64,000 bases of DNA from Camelus ferus (GCF_009834535.1 NC_045696.1:92878001-92942000); one strand, 5' to 3'. Numbered from the stretch's first letter, positions 1-13,890 are shown. Numbers and translations are program-made. Notes: a model not told the origin generated them from the letters alone.

Positions 1-1534
1 TTTCCCTTAACATTCTTAAACATTGCTGCACTCTATCCAAATAAACTTTTGTAAAAATATTAAGGATACCAGAGGGAGAATATGGGATCAGAGAGATTGT
101 TGGTATCTGCCTGAATTTGTAGCCTGTATTACAGACTAGCCGCAGACACCTTCCAGTACTCGGAATGTGTGATGAGGTTACTTCATCTGACGCCTCCGGA
201 ACGCTTCCCTTGTTCACCTGCCACTGGAGTCTTGCCTTTGTTCCCTTGTTTCTCATCTGATTTTATGGAATCTACTGATCCAGCATGGCTGGAGAATGAC
301 TTTTATAGAGAGTGGTAATTACTGTTATCTATCTCAGCTGAAGACAGAACATGGAGAAATTATGCTGACCCTGAAGTAACTTAGATGACACTGGAAGAAT
401 ATTTCGTCTTGGACATGGGTGATTATTACTCAGAGGGATGAGTTATGAGGAATGGCTGGGGGGCTCCGTCTCTGGTTAGCTGTACAGCTCTAGTGGACTG
501 ACTACTCCCAGGTTTGAGGAAGGGAGAAGTCTCAAGACTTTCCTGGACTTGATTTTTCAATTTGACTTTAACCAAATGGTGTTTCTGTGTGATAGGGAAC
601 ATCATGGAGAAAGCATAAGGCAGCTACGTAAATAATTTAAGTAGCACGTTGTTTCAGATGCCAGCCCTGCCAAGGACGTTTTGACTATGTATACTTGCTT
701 GCTGCAGTGGATGATGCTGGCGTCTTAGCCCGTGGCTGAGTTGGTGGGATAAATGTGAAGCTAGTGAACATTTAATATATTATTCAGGCGCACTCCGTTT
801 CTGAGGGCTTGGATCCCACTTTCTAAAATGGTTGCATTTCTTTGGATGATGCTTGTCAAGTGGTAGGTGGTATTTAGTAGCTCACGTAACAGATTAAACT
901 TTTATATCTTTGTGCTTTTCCTGTTAAAATGTTGATGTTGTAGTCATAGCGATTCCATTTCAGGAAAAAGAAATGGGGCTGGGAAAAACAGAGGGAAGGG
1001 AGGTGCAGTGTGAACAAAGAAGAGGGCACTGTGTCGGATGTAGACAGTCCTTGTAAGAGGTCTGCAGTCCTTGCTCTAGATCTTTGATGGTGCAGTTAAT
1101 TCAGTTTTCCTCCCTGATGTAAACAATTCATTTTATTCTCTCTTCCCAAACATCTTTCTGAATTATATCTTTTATCCCACCCCCTCCATTGCTCAGAAGT
1201 ATCTTGTAAATCTCATTGCATTGCTGTTGGATTAAAATCTTATCATCTGGCATTCCCAACCCCCCACACCTAGTCTTATCCAGCCCCCAAAATCATGTAT
1301 CCTGTTAATTCCCTTTTAGGTACCAAGGACAGAGGGTCATCTTTACCTATCCTCTGATCATAGCCCTGCTCTTTCCTGTCCCCAAATCTCCACTGACCTG
1401 TTTTATTACCATTGGGTTATTACACTTCTCTCCATTGGAGCACATCATATTCTCTTTTACCAGGTACTCCCACATGTATTTTTGTCTTGGCATTTTTTTT
1501 TAATTTCAATAATAAAACTATACTAATAGCTACT

Positions 1535-1745
1535 GTTTTTAGTACTTTACATGAATTAACTCATTCAGCCCTTAACATTTCAAGGGGTAAATGATATTAT
1601 TCCTATTTTATAGATGAAGAAACAGGCACCGAGAGATTAAATACTGTGCCCAAGGTCATAGAGCTAGTATATGGCGGATCTGGAATTCTGTCCCAGGATG
1701 TCTGGATCCAAATTCTGTGTTCTTGACCACAGCTCTAAACTGCCA
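1535..1745 (-). mobile_element. MIR SINE relic
   Basis: MIR core cctattttatagatgaagaaacaggcaccgagagattaa...cccaaggtcatagagctagt. Confidence 0.75.
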
Positions 1746-3687
1746 TTAATAAAATATCTCTTTAGAGATTTCATTCTCTTAAAATTTAACCTCTTTAAAT
1801 CCAAGACAGAGTCTCCTTGTTGTCTGCTTTGCCTCATTACATAACCCTGGAGTAGGGGTTGCTCTGTAAATATCTGTTTCCTGATGAGACCTAATGTCAG
1901 TGGCCACAGAAGCTCTAATAGACTTTTCTGGGAGTCTGGCTTGCTTGGTTTGACTTGATGACTTTATCCTGATGCACTGACTCTCTTCTGTTCTTCTACT
2001 TCTAATTACTGGTGTGGAATGGGCAGGGTAGCTGTCAAGAATTCACATCTGTGGCTCTCATTACCTAAATGAATGGGGCTCAGTGGTGGGTAAGTTTTAC
2101 TAATGTGCATAAAGCCAAATCTCAAATTTTGTCCTGTGCTTCAAAGTAAGCATTTTAAGTTTGTGTGTTTGTTTTCTTAAGTAGTATTTTTATTACTTGC
2201 ATGTCTGACATGTCAGGTAAAGTGAATAAGAGCAACCTATACTTCTCCTTTCTGGCAGTGTCAAATCCTAAAACCATCCTTAATTTTATGTGGTCCTTCC
2301 CTTCATTCCTTGGGGGAAGAAAAGGCTCTTCATGGAAGAAGAGTGAAAATTGGTTGTATTGATGTTAACTTGAGTAATCTGTGCTCACAGTGTTAAGCTT
2401 TGGGATCAAATTCTCTCCTAGTAAAAACAAGTTAGCCAAAAAAGCTGAAGTCTAACACTGTTGAGGTTTATTTACTGCAGTTCTTTGACCTAACAGCATA
2501 CTACTTGATAAGGTAGGTACACAGAGCCGGTTGTTTCTGGTGCTCTAATGGTTACATTTATGCCTGAATATTAGTCAGTGAAACAGAAGCTGTTTCTGTG
2601 TGATGCGATGAAAAGAAGGATATTTGGAAGAGTATTCTGTAACTTGCAGAACCCAGGGAAAAATGGAATAATTTGCTAGCCTCAGGAAGAGCAACTGTGA
2701 CAACTGTAACATCTCGGGGCAGCCAGTCAACAGCAGCCCTTAAGTCTTGGCCTTTGAAATGTTCGGTTCTGTTTTCATTCAGTGTTCTACTCAGGATGCG
2801 TGTTTCTTAGAAGGGAGTCAGATTTGCTCTAAGTTTAAGTCAGGTGCCCATTTCTTGACTGAGGTGACAGGCCACCAAACGCACATGAAATGGGAAAGAA
2901 GTATTTCCAAAGGAAAAGTGGGTGCTATTAACAAAGAAAGAGAAACAGGCAACACCGGCAGATGCCCACTTCCATCAAGGTTCATCTCAAAGCAGAGAAT
3001 TTAAATGAGAGCATTTACACGGGTAATAAGTGATTGGATTTTACCTGAGTTCAGTCAATTTATTTCCCTAGGTAGAACATTCTAGCAGCTAAATTCATTA
3101 ATAAACACTTTATGTTCAATTGTGAGAGCTTGATTTTTTTCTGATCACATTTTAAAAGATTTGTTTAGCTATTTTCAAGCATACCTAAAATTGAAATAAT
3201 ACAAACCCACATACTGCCATCATCCACCTTCAACAATTGCTGAAACATTTTGCCAATCATGTTTTTTGTTAATTGCATTTTAAAGTATTATCATAGGATG
3301 TTTTTACAGCTGGCTATATAAAAGCTCACAAGATTTAATGTGCAGTCTGAGAACTTGCTTTATGAACATAAATTCAAGTATCAAATTACCGTCGGTCTTA
3401 TACCAAAAAGCGCGTTGCCAGTTAGAACAAAAGATGTTCTGTGCAGCAGTAATGCATTGTTTATCTAGAAGTAGAATTTTATTTCTGTCAGTAAGACTTT
3501 TTACTGGCTTAAGCCTGATGAATCAATTCTTGAACTGCTCTTTCCAGATTACCTCTTCTAAATTTGTCTCGTGGTCCTTGGCGTTTTGAGAGTGTGAGTC
3601 AAAGGTTTTATTTGACAGTAAGATTTCTGAACACCAGGGCACACGTGCATTGGGTGAGAGCTGAATGTGCTGTGATCTCGTTTGCAG

Positions 3688-3834
3688 TTGAAAGATGCAT
3701 GAGTGTGATGCAGTCGGGGACACAGATGATCAAACTGAAGCGCGGGACCAAAGGGCTCGTCCGGCTCTTTTACCTGGATGAGCACCGGACTCGCCTCCGA
3801 TGGAGACCCTCTCGGAAGAGCGAGAAGGCAAAAA
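3688..3834 (+). CDS. PLCH1: PLC-eta-1 coding exon, PH domain N-part (VERCMSVMQSGTQMIKLKRG...RKSEKAK), 147 nt
   Basis: Acceptor tttgcag| at 3687, donor |gtaagg at 3835; translation matches the PLCH1 N-terminal PH domain; phase 1/1; in-frame ATG at 3699. Confidence 0.96.
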
Positions 3835-5031
3835 GTAAGGACATCTTCTGGATTCTTTGCTTGGCTTAACACAGTAACACATGGGTTATAACTGAGTGGG
3901 CTCTGTGGAAGCTTCAGATCTGTAGAACTTTCCTATTTTTGCAGGTTTTAGGGTCAGTTGTTAGAGAATGTGGAGAGACCAAAAAAGTGATGACCATTTA
4001 TTCTTTTGTTAATTATTTTGGGGGAATTTAAGTCCGTAAAAGTTTTCTTACCCATGAGTGCAATAAATGGTAATATTTCCCCTGTATTGGAGACATGTAT
4101 TTTTTTTCAGTTGGGATATTGAGATTTTACACTAAAGGCCTTTTATTTTCCTATAAAAAGTGAAGGACATTATAAATCCAATGGGATTTAATGTATATGG
4201 CCATATTCTGAGCACGGTTCACTGATGAATGAGATAACAGAGTTGTTTTAATGACATCAAGTAAAATAGCTTTGATCTGCCTCCTCCGTAAAGCCTCTCC
4301 CACACCTTTTACACTCAGCACCAAGTCTGCATTTGGTCCTCCGTCACGTCTCTCTTCGTCTGCTCCTTCCTTCCTGTTTTCACAGGAACCTTATTGACCC
4401 AAATTCTCTTCAACTTTCTGGTGGCCTGTTTTGAAGTCTCCTAACCAGTCTCCACTCTGTAATTTCTTCTGCCCCTGTCAGTTAAGATGCTTTCCTGTCC
4501 AAGTCACAGATGACCAGGATGAAATCAGGCTTACACAATGCACACATTTATTCTCTGGCATAACAAGAAACGCAGAGATTGTCTGGCCACAGGTGTGGGG
4601 TGCTGAGTCTCTAGTTCTGTTTCCCTGAGTGATCTTGGCTCTGTCCCTTGTGTGTTGACCTTGTAATCAAGGCAGCAGTAACATGGCTTCACAACTGCTA
4701 GAATCGTGAAGATGCAGAAAAGGTCCATCTCTTTCTTTTGTAGAGAGGAAGAACCCCTTCCCAGGCCCTTCCCTCAAAGCAGAGTGCCCATGTCTCCTTG
4801 GTTAGAACTGGGTTACGTTCCCACAACTAAATCAGTCAGAGGACATAGCAATGGGGCCACCCCAATGGCTTAGACCCACCAGAAGTTGCCCTGGGGCTGG
4901 GCACAGGCTCATTTCCCCATGAGTCATGTGGAGAATGACTTGAAAGAGAGAAAAATTGGGACTCTGCCAGTAAGGCAGAGCAGACGGGTGGATGGTGTAT
5001 ATGGGCAATCAATGTGATTGCAGCACTTCAA

Positions 5032-5167
5032 GGGGGAGAGTACAGCTCAGTGGTAGAGCGTGGGCTTAGCATGCATGAGGTCCTGGGTTCAATCCCCAGT
5101 ACCTCCATTAAATAAGTAGAAAAATAAACCGAATTAGCTGCTCCCCCAAAGAAGATATTAAAAAAAA
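5032..5167 (+). mobile_element. tRNA-Ala(AGC)-derived SINE (Vic-1-like, camelid)
   Basis: Pol III A box (agctcagtggtagagc), B box (gggttcaatcc), cttAGCat loop, then an A-rich tail; several diverged copies occur in the window. Confidence 0.85.
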
Positions 5168-5991
5168 TGCAACAATTCTCATTCATGTGCCAAAACAAGT
5201 AAGCAGACAAACAAAAAACTGTTTTAATCTAAAGTAATCCTCCTTTCCAATGCTTCTCTGATGCAGACCTGCAGTGGCTGCCCCACCTAAATAATGCTGA
5301 TCTCTGGTCTTACTCCAGCTCCCCCAGATCTAGCCTCTACCTACCTTTCCAGCTTTGTCTCCCGTTACTCTCCCTCTTGAGCTTCTCACTCCAGCGTAAA
5401 CAGCCTGTTCAGCATCCCTGCTGCGGGTCCAGCGTTTCCGTGTCTTCATGTCTCTTCCCCTGGGCCGCCACCTGGTTCCCCGCCCCCGCCTCTCTAAGCT
5501 CTGCTCTGCCTTCACCCTCACAGCTTTCTCTCTATAAATCCCAATCACATTTAGCTCTGCTGTTCAGTTCCTACCAAATGTGTTTTTTTCCCTTTGACGT
5601 TGAACTGTCATCTTACGCGTATTATAAGTCGCCAAAGTCGGCTCTAGGTCTTTGTATGTTTTCCCTGCATAAATGTAGAAACCACACATTTGACATATTA
5701 TAGCCCCCTTTTCTCCCAGTCTTCCTGCCCTACCAGGCATATCTGTCTTACTGTCATAAATTTCAACACATCCCGACCCAGCACCCTGGAGAGGTAAAGG
5801 GGTACGTGGAGAAGGTTCCTGGCAGGAAACGATGAAGCTTGTATTTCACATTCGAACTTCACACCACAGCTCACAGATGATGGATGTGTTCATCTTATTT
5901 TTAGATTTTAAGACGATCTGGCTTTTCTTTCTCTTAATCCGTACGCATATCTTCACCTGCCACGTAACTGTGTCTCCCCCTTCCCCCACAG

Positions 5992-6235
5992 TTCTTATTG
6001 ACTCCATTTACAAAGTCACTGAGGGCCGACAGTCTGAGATATTCCACAGACAGGCTGAGGGGAGCTTCGACCCCAGCTGCTGCTTCACCATCTACCATGG
6101 CAACCACATGGAGTCCCTGGATCTCATCACCTCCAATCCCGAGGAGGCCCGCACCTGGATCACAGGCCTCAAGTACCTGATGGCTGGCATCAGTGACGAA
6201 GACTCTCTTGCTAAAAGGCAGAGGACCCACGACCA
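5992..6235 (+). CDS. PLCH1: PLC-eta-1 coding exon, PH domain C-part (ILIDSIYKVTEGRQSE...AKRQRTHD), 244 nt
   Basis: Pyrimidine tract plus cacag| acceptor; ends GAC CA followed by U12-type donor ATATCCT; there is no GT donor at this position. Confidence 0.94.
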
Positions 6236-7709
6236 ATATCCTCCCTAGAATGTTAAATTTGAACTGTGCGTGTATGTGTGTGTGTAAGGATTAGACTGTA
6301 TTTTCCCATAATTTTGAGGCTTAAAGCCACTTTCCTTGCTGTCTCTTTATTTACCTCTCCCGAGCACTTTTCTGTCCCCTCCTCACTCTCACCCCAAGTA
6401 AACGAACATACAGAACATGTAGGAAGTTGAGCTGGTGTGAACTCAGGAGCAGGCTTCTTCTGAGGAGCCTGGATTTGGCGTCACAATCTGAGAAGTCTCC
6501 AAAAGCAGCCTGAAGTTTCCTAAGAGAGATGAGGTAGCTGGGGAAGCACCTATTTGAATTAGAGAAAATCCTACTTTGTTAGGAAGCCCTTTTAGTTTAA
6601 CAAATGCTTTTGGGGTTCCAATTATGTGCCCGGTATTAAGTTCTTTCCTGCTTTTTCTCTCTTCTTAATTCACAGTTTGGAAACTGAACTGATTGATATT
6701 CAAGGGGAAGTTATTTTTTTACTTAACAGGGTTGACCCTCTCTGAACGGTTCAAGGAAGTGGAGTCCGAGCCTCATTCTTGATTAAACCTATTCTCATGG
6801 TCCTGCGGTGCTGACAAGATCAGTGATTCATGTGCTTGGTCTGAAGGCACCTCTTCTGCTGGGTTCAAGCTGCTCACGTGGCATGCTTGGCCTTTCTGGC
6901 CACAGTTTCCTTCTCTGTAAATCGAGGGTATTAGATTTGCTGACGGCTCTGGTTCCCTTGTTCACATTTTGAGCGGTCTTAAAGGAACATGATCGCCTTG
7001 TCCATGTGGGGAATAGTGCTGCCTCCTTGCTCTTGCACCCGAATTTTTCTCCAGGAGTGATGAGCTTGTGCTGCTCTGGCTGTAATCCCTCACCCAGGGC
7101 GTTGTTGGAGCAGAGTGGAAATACTTAGTCCATAGAAGGATGTCGACTGTGCAAAGGTCGAAGCTGATGAGTCGTGATGTTTCCATCGGTATTCACAACA
7201 TGCAGCTAAATGCACCTAGGATTCATAAATGAACAAAACACAAACATAGGGATTAACTTACTGTGCTTTTTTTCTGTGAGTTTGGGTCTTAACTCCTTTA
7301 CATTTGATAAAAAACGAATACTGAATCATTAAGAATGCTTTCTGGGGCAAACCACAGATCCATACTAACAGTGCCTAAAACAATAAAGAATATTCATTTT
7401 CTCATGCACAAGAGATCTGAGGTGGAGCAGTTTCAAGAGTTGGTTAATTCAGTGGCTCAGTAATGTCATCAGAGACTTGGTTCTGCCATTCTTGGCGTGT
7501 TGGCTTGGTCCTGTAGCTGGATACCTTTGGGTTAAAGAGATCTGTGGCAGCTCCAAACACAGAGAAGCCCTGCCCAGAGGAAGCAGAGTTTCTTCTTATA
7601 AACTCTTTTTTTTAAGAGCAAAGAAAGTTTCCAGGAGTTTGGCCAGAAATGCAATTGCAGACCCATCCTAAACCCACCTCTGACAAGGGAAATGAACATA
7701 ATTGGACTT

Positions 7710-7940
7710 TGCTCTCAGGTTGCTTTGCATTCTTAAAAACTGAAGACTCCAAAGAGTTTTTATTTGGGTTCCATCTGCTGTCATATTAGAAATTAAATCT
7801 GGGAACTTCAAAAATATCTCATTAAAATATGATAAACTCTATTACATATTGACATGTTTTTATGAAAAATAACTTTTTCAAAGCAAAAGAAATTAGTGAG
7901 AAGGGTGGTATTGCTCTGCTCTTCTGCAAATCTTTAAAGT
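7710..7940. mobile_element. hAT-Charlie1-like DNA transposon fragment
   Basis: Resembles Charlie1 sequence (attagtgagaagggtggtattg...tgcaaatcttt); recognised by eye. Confidence 0.45.
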
Positions 7941-10130
7941 TTCCCACATATAAGATCATATCATCTAAAAACAGAGATAATTTTTTATTTCTTCCTGTCC
8001 AATTTGGGTGCCTTTTCTTTATCTTTCTTTTTTTTTTTTTTTTTTTTTTTTGCCTAGTTGCTCTGGCTTGAACTTCCTAACACTATGTTGAGCAGAAGCA
8101 GCGAAGGCAGGCATCTGTGTCTTGTTCCTGACCTTAGAGGAAACGCTTTCAGTCTCTAATTATCGAATGTAGTATTTGGTGTGGTCTTTCTCATACATGG
8201 CTTTCATTATGTTGAGGTAGTTTTCTTCTATTCCTGTTTTGTTGAATGTTTTTATCATGAAAGGATGTTGAATTTTGTTGAATGCTTTTTCTGCATCAGT
8301 TGAGATGATTGTGGTTTTTTTTTCTTCATTATGTTGATACAGCATATTACATTGATTAATTCTCATACGTTGAGCCATCCTTGTATCCCAGGAATAAATC
8401 CCACTTGGTCATGATGTATAATCCTTTTAACATGCTGTTGAATTTTATTTATTAGTGGCCCTTGAACAATGCAGGAGTTAGGGCACAGACCTTCCAAGCA
8501 GTTGAAAATTTGAGTATAACTTTACAGCTGGCCCTCCAAATCCGAGGTTCTGCACCTGTGGTTTCAACCAACTGCAGATTGTGTAGCGCTACAGTACTTC
8601 TCTATTGAAAAAAAAATCCACATATAAGTGCACTCACATATCTCAGACCCAAGGTGTTCAAGGGTCAACTGTATTTTGTTGAAGATTTTTGCATCAATGT
8701 AAATAAGAGATAATGGTCTATAGTCGTCTTACAGTGTCTTTGTCTGGCTTTGTTATCAGTGTTATGCTGGCCTCATAGAATGAGTTAGGAAGTGTTCCCT
8801 CCACTTCAATTTTTTGGGAAAAATTTGAGAAGGATTGGTATTTGTTCTTTAAATATTTGGTAGAATTCACCAGTGAAGCCATCAAATCCAGGACTTTTCT
8901 TTGTTGAGAGATTTTTGATTACTGATTCAATATCCTTGCTAAGTATGAATCTATTCAGATTTTCTATTTCTTTGTGGTTTAGTTTTGGTCGGTTTTTTGT
9001 TTCTAGGAATTTGTCCATTTCGTCTAGGTATCCAATTTGTTGGTGTACAGTGGTTTACAGTAGTCTCTTACAGTCCCTTTTATTTATGTAGAATAGGTAG
9101 TAATGCCCCCACCTTGCTTTCTGATTTAGTACTGATCTCTTCTCTTTTTCTTTTTGTCCACCCAGTTAAAGGTTTGTCAGTTTTCTTGATTTTTTTTGAA
9201 AGAACTACTTGGCTTCATTGATTTTTCTCAATTGTTCTTCTATTTCATATCCACTCTCATCTTATTTCCTTCTTTCTGCTGTCTATCTTTTTATTGAGAC
9301 TTAATTGGTGGCCTAAAATATAATCTATCCTGGAAAAATGTCCCCTATGCACTTGAGAAGAATGTATATGTTGTTGGATACAGTGTCTGTATGTGTCGGT
9401 TAGATCTTGTTGGTTTATTGTGTTGTTTAAATTCTCTGTTTTCTTAATTCTGTCTGGTTGTTCTATCCATCATTGTGAGTGAGGTATTGAAGTTTCAAGT
9501 ATTACTGTAGAACTGTCTCTTTCTCCCTTCAGTTCTGTCAGTTTGTGCTGTATATATCTTGATAGTCTGTCATTAGATGCATAAATGTCTGTAATTGCTT
9601 TATCTTCTTGCTGTATTGAGACTTCTATTAATACATAATGTCCTTCTTTGTCTCTTATTACTTTTTTTGATTTAAACTCTGTTATCTGAATTTAGTATCG
9701 CCACCCCTGCTCTCTTTTGGTTATGATTTGTATTGAATATTTTTCCCTGTCCTTTCATTTTCAAGCTCTTTGTGTCTTTGGATCTCAAGTGAGTCTCTTA
9801 TAGATAGCATATAGTTGGGTTATGAGTTTTTATCTATTCTGTCAATCTGTCTTTTGATTGGAGAGTTTAATCCATTTACATTATAATGATTATTGATAAG
9901 GAAGGATTAACATGTTGTTGTGCTGTTTCTTTTCTTTATGCTGTATAGCTTTTTTGGTTCCTTGTTTCCTGCATTACTGTCTTTTGTGTTGATTTTTTCA
10001 TAGCAAAATGTTTAAATTCCTTTCTCATTTCCTTTTGTGTAAATTCTATAGCTGTTTTCTTTGTGGCTATTTTGGCCATTACATTTAACATCCTAAAGTT
10101 TTAATATTGTAGCTTGAATATATACCAGCT
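7940..10130 (-). mobile_element. Degenerate LINE-1 ORF2 fragment, antisense to PLCH1
   Basis: Minus-strand ORFs 8160-8378 (DAEKAFNKIQHPFMIKT) and 8806-9018 (MDKFLET...[19 protein letters not shown]) are L1 ORF2p motifs; frames are broken. Confidence 0.92.
8453..8671. mobile_element. Tigger2/MER8-like MITE nested in the L1
   Basis: Terminal inverted repeats agtggcccttgaaca ... tgttcaagggtcaactg followed by TA; L1 resumes on both sides. Confidence 0.75.
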
Positions 10131-10709
10131 TAGGTGAATAGGTTTTTGAACCTAATTTGTTTTGTCCATGTTTACTAGCAATGGAATGTTTTCATATGTA
10201 AATTAATCAGATTAAGGGCTGAGAAATTTCCTATTCTGAAAAATATGCTATCTGGAAAGCAAGTGTACCCCAGAACTACACAGAGAAAATACAGAAGAGC
10301 TGATATTTATGACAGTGAGGAAAGAAAAGGAAACAGGAAATTAATGAATAATGAAGAGAAAGCTGATGTCAAAAACAGGGAAAGTTATGTTGAGTCAGGG
10401 AACCACTCTCATACAGATTTGTCAGAATTTGGTAAGGGTTTAGATAATATCTTAATAATCGAATGACATTCTTGATTTGATACACATTTAATTACATTAA
10501 TTGAGGAGAACAGAGCTGGGATGTTCATTATCATTACATTTCAATTAGGCCTGAAAATTTCAACTGTGAATGAATAATGAGATTAATGAATCTTAAATGG
10601 TTGTATGAAGAAAATCCATCCAGTATAAAGTGAAATCCAAGTTACTTCTGCAGGATGGCCATGTGGAATGGCAGCAGATGCAGCACTCACTTCTGTCAGA
10701 AGCAATCTA

Positions 10710-10960
10710 GTGTTGTGGTTGAGGACTGAGACGGGTGCTGCCCTGTCTGGGGTTCAGCCCCGACCCTGCCATGTACAGTGTAACTTTGAAGGAGTCACCT
10801 CAGCTCTTCTGCTTCAGAGTCTTTATCTAACATGGTGATGATGCTAATGATAGCACACACCCTGTGTAGTGGTGTGATGATCAAATGAGTTGTTATACAC
10901 AAAGTGCTTCGAATGCTGTCCAGCACATAGCAGGCATTTTATAAATAGTAGCTACTGTAA
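10710..10960 (+). mobile_element. MIR SINE relic
   Basis: gtggttgaggact...ctcagctcttctgcttcag...aaatgagttgttatacacaaagtgctt...cagcacatagcagg. Confidence 0.6.
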
Positions 10961-11216
10961 TTGCTCACAAGAGATCAGGATTGGCTAATCTTTTGCTTTC
11001 CTGTTCAGATAAATTGACATCTGAAAGCTTGGTGGCCCCAGCACGCAAAGATGATGGCATTGGTGCCCAATCTCAGCATTTTCATCTGTCAGATCTTTTT
11101 CCTCCACGATTCCCCCAGTTTACCTGTCAATACCACTAGGGAAATTTTCACCTCTAAAAGACTTGAGGCAGTCCCATGGATGTTGTAAACTGAAGCCTCA
11201 CACCTTCCCTGTAAAT

Positions 11217-11535
11217 CAGGAGTCCTACAAACTGCAGCCTGAAGGGCAAATCTGGCCCAGCACCTCTTTTTATGTGGGCTCCTGAGCTAAGAATGGGTTT
11301 TCAATGGTTGAAAAAAATCAAAAGAAGAATAAAATTTTGTGATGCATGAAATTTTATGAAATTCAAATCTCAGCATCCACAGATAAAGTTTTATTGGAAC
11401 ATAACCATGCCAGTTCACTTGTGGATTGTCTCTGGTAACAATGGTAGAGTTAAGTAGTTACAATTGAGACTGAATGGCCTGCAAAACCTACAGTATTTAC
11501 TATCAGGTCCTCTACAGAAAAATGTCCCTATCCTG
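11217..11535. mobile_element. MER58B-like hAT-Charlie MITE
   Basis: cagg...cctg ends; internal aaatctggccc, aaagttttattggaaca, tggcctgcaaaacc...tatttactatc. Confidence 0.75.
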
Positions 11536-13665
11536 CACTAAATAATAACACTCAATGCTTTATTTACATTCTTCCAAAGTTTTTTGATAAAAAAAAAATG
11601 AGGCTGTAACTTTTCATTCAGTTTTTACTCTCCTAGTTTTTCTCTGTGGAATTACTATCTCTTTTCTTAAATTTATCATGCACATGGCTGTGAATCATTA
11701 GTTCAGGGCTTTCTTGGGTGCTCATATCTTAATTATGAAGAAGAACTTTGAGATATCAGAATACTTTTACCTGCCGTTGTATCTTATACCATATGTACTG
11801 TTACTGAGAGAATGGTTTTTCCTTTCATAGCATCCTAGAGTTGGAAGGGGCTTCCAGGTCATCTAGTTATGCTCACTGACAAGGTAGATGAAGAAATAGA
11901 AGCCCCAAGAAGTGATATAAGTGGCCCTCTGTCACAGGGCCAGGTCAGCATAGAACCCCAACTGGTGTGTATTTCTTGGTCCGATTCTATCTCTGTTTCT
12001 GCCTTACCAACCGCATGTCTCCTAGACTGATCGTCAATACCAGCTTGTGTGTTGACACTGAAGGTCTTGCAGAGACAAGCTGACCCAAAATGGTTTGTTT
12101 CTGCAGAATATCCATGCTTAGAGTTTGCTTGCCTCTGCTTACTCTCTGGAGAAGTCAGTGAGATGCTTGGGTAAAGAAGTACAGAATAAAAGGATGGAAA
12201 TACTGCTATCCTTGGACTCATCTCATCACTTCTTTAATGAATTTATTTCATGGGGCACAGAGCAGTGTTACGGTCAACAGAAATAGAGCTTATGAAATGG
12301 ACACTGTGTTCCCAGAAAACAGGGAAAAATGGGATTCAGGTACTTACTAGTAATTGCCCCAAGTGATTCACTCTGGTGATTCTTCAGTCATTTCTCCCCT
12401 AGTCCTGGGTCACCCTTTAACTTCCAGGTATCATATCGAATGAAGTCCTGCCTGAACTCTACGAGGAACAGTTGAATTTGGAAGAACTGGGCTGGTTATT
12501 TTCAAGTGTTATGAAGGGGACAAAATGTGAAACAGGTAGTTGCTATTGAAAAATCACTTCTATTTTACTTTAGAAGAAATAAGACTTTAACTTTCTGGTT
12601 GTTTTTACTTTATAAGGTACAATCTCCTATAGTCATAATCTGACTCCTGTAAGAAATGTAAGTGTTCTGAGTTAGTACTGGGAGGTTAGTTAGTCTTTTG
12701 TCTTAAATGAAAATCTCTCAGTTTGATGTCACCTGCTTGATAAACTAATATTACTCATTCATCCTTTCTTCTGACCTACTCCCATTCTCCCATTTCTTGG
12801 ATTTAAACCTAAGCCTTTCCCTACTGGTTTTATTCCATCACCTTCATTCTTTTCCTCTTTTCATTGCCCTTTGAATTTTGAAGCGCAGTTTGGTTTACTA
12901 AGTATACACACCATTCCTAACTTCTGTAATTTACCCCCAACAACTATGAATCATACATTTTTAAAAAGCCCCCTGCTAAAACTCTTCCATTTGTTGCCAT
13001 AACTCTTCTTCCTCACGATGTAAAACAACCCAAGGCTCGTCTTCTGGAGGGTCTTTTCAAATCTCTCTTCACATGATGTAAGTTCTTTGTATCTAAACTC
13101 ATGTCCTCAGGCATCTGGTGTCATTCCTGAGCTTTGAGAGCAAACTCTAGCCTGTCAGGCTTGTAGTTTCTATCACTGCCCTTGATTCAGAAGTTGGGGT
13201 CTATTAGGTAAGAACCAGCAAAGCTTAGCAATAGGAAGAGGCACAGCATAGAGACAGGCCTTCTGTGTAGGAGACAAGAATGCTAGACCAGGTTGCAAGA
13301 GACGTAGGTGTGAGGCCCAGTTCTCTTACTAGTACTTCCCAAATTTCTCCCTCTCTTCTTTTATCTGAACAATGAGGAGATTGAACAAGATGGTCTAAAT
13401 TTCTAAATGTGAGTGTGGGACTGAGAAAAGGGAATTGAAGAGATCATGTAGTGTGGGGTATTATGAAGGTAAAAAAAGTACTTGATGCAAAAATCACGGA
13501 GGGAGAAGATAAGGCCTGAATTTGGTGTCTTTGGGGTTTCGTTACATCATTGAGATGCTTTAACTGTTTAGATAAAATATTTGAGTTAAAAAAGCTTCCC
13601 AATGATTTGGTTTGAGTCTCATTTCATGGTGAAGGGAATCACTTATATGTGCTCCCCCCATTTCT

Positions 13666-13890
13666 TTTTTATTTTTAAATGTTTTTAAAAATTGAAGTAT
13701 AGTCCATTACAATGTGTTAATTTCTGGTTACAGCATAATGTTTCAGTCATACATGTACATGCATACATTCGTTTTCATATTCTTTTTCACCATAAGTTAC
13801 TACAAGATACTGAATATAGTTCCCTGTGCTGTACAGTAGAAACCTGTTGTTTATCTATTTTATATATACTAGTTTATATTTGCAAATTTG
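13666..13890 (-). mobile_element. L1 3'-end fragment
   Basis: T-rich tail then attgaagtatag...tacaagatactgaatatagttccctgtgctgtacag, shared with several other copies in the window. Confidence 0.8.

Noticed and set aside
1671..1715. ATG GCG GAT CTG GAA (MADLE...), resembling the N-terminus I recall for a human PLCH1 isoform
   Set aside because: It lies within a MIR core, similarity stops after five codons, and no suitable phase-1 donor follows
5032..5106. tRNA-Ala(AGC) gene
   Set aside because: Imperfect stems, an attached conserved SINE tail and multiple diverged copies (one with a TSD) show it is a SINE head
6236..6248. Premature stop (DQYPP*) implying a PLCH1 pseudogene
   Set aside because: The stop lies inside the U12 intron; the spliced frame is open over all ten exons and both catalytic His motifs are intact
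8160..9018. Functional reverse transcriptase gene
   Set aside because: Short broken L1 ORF2 fragments interrupted by stops, frameshifts and a MITE
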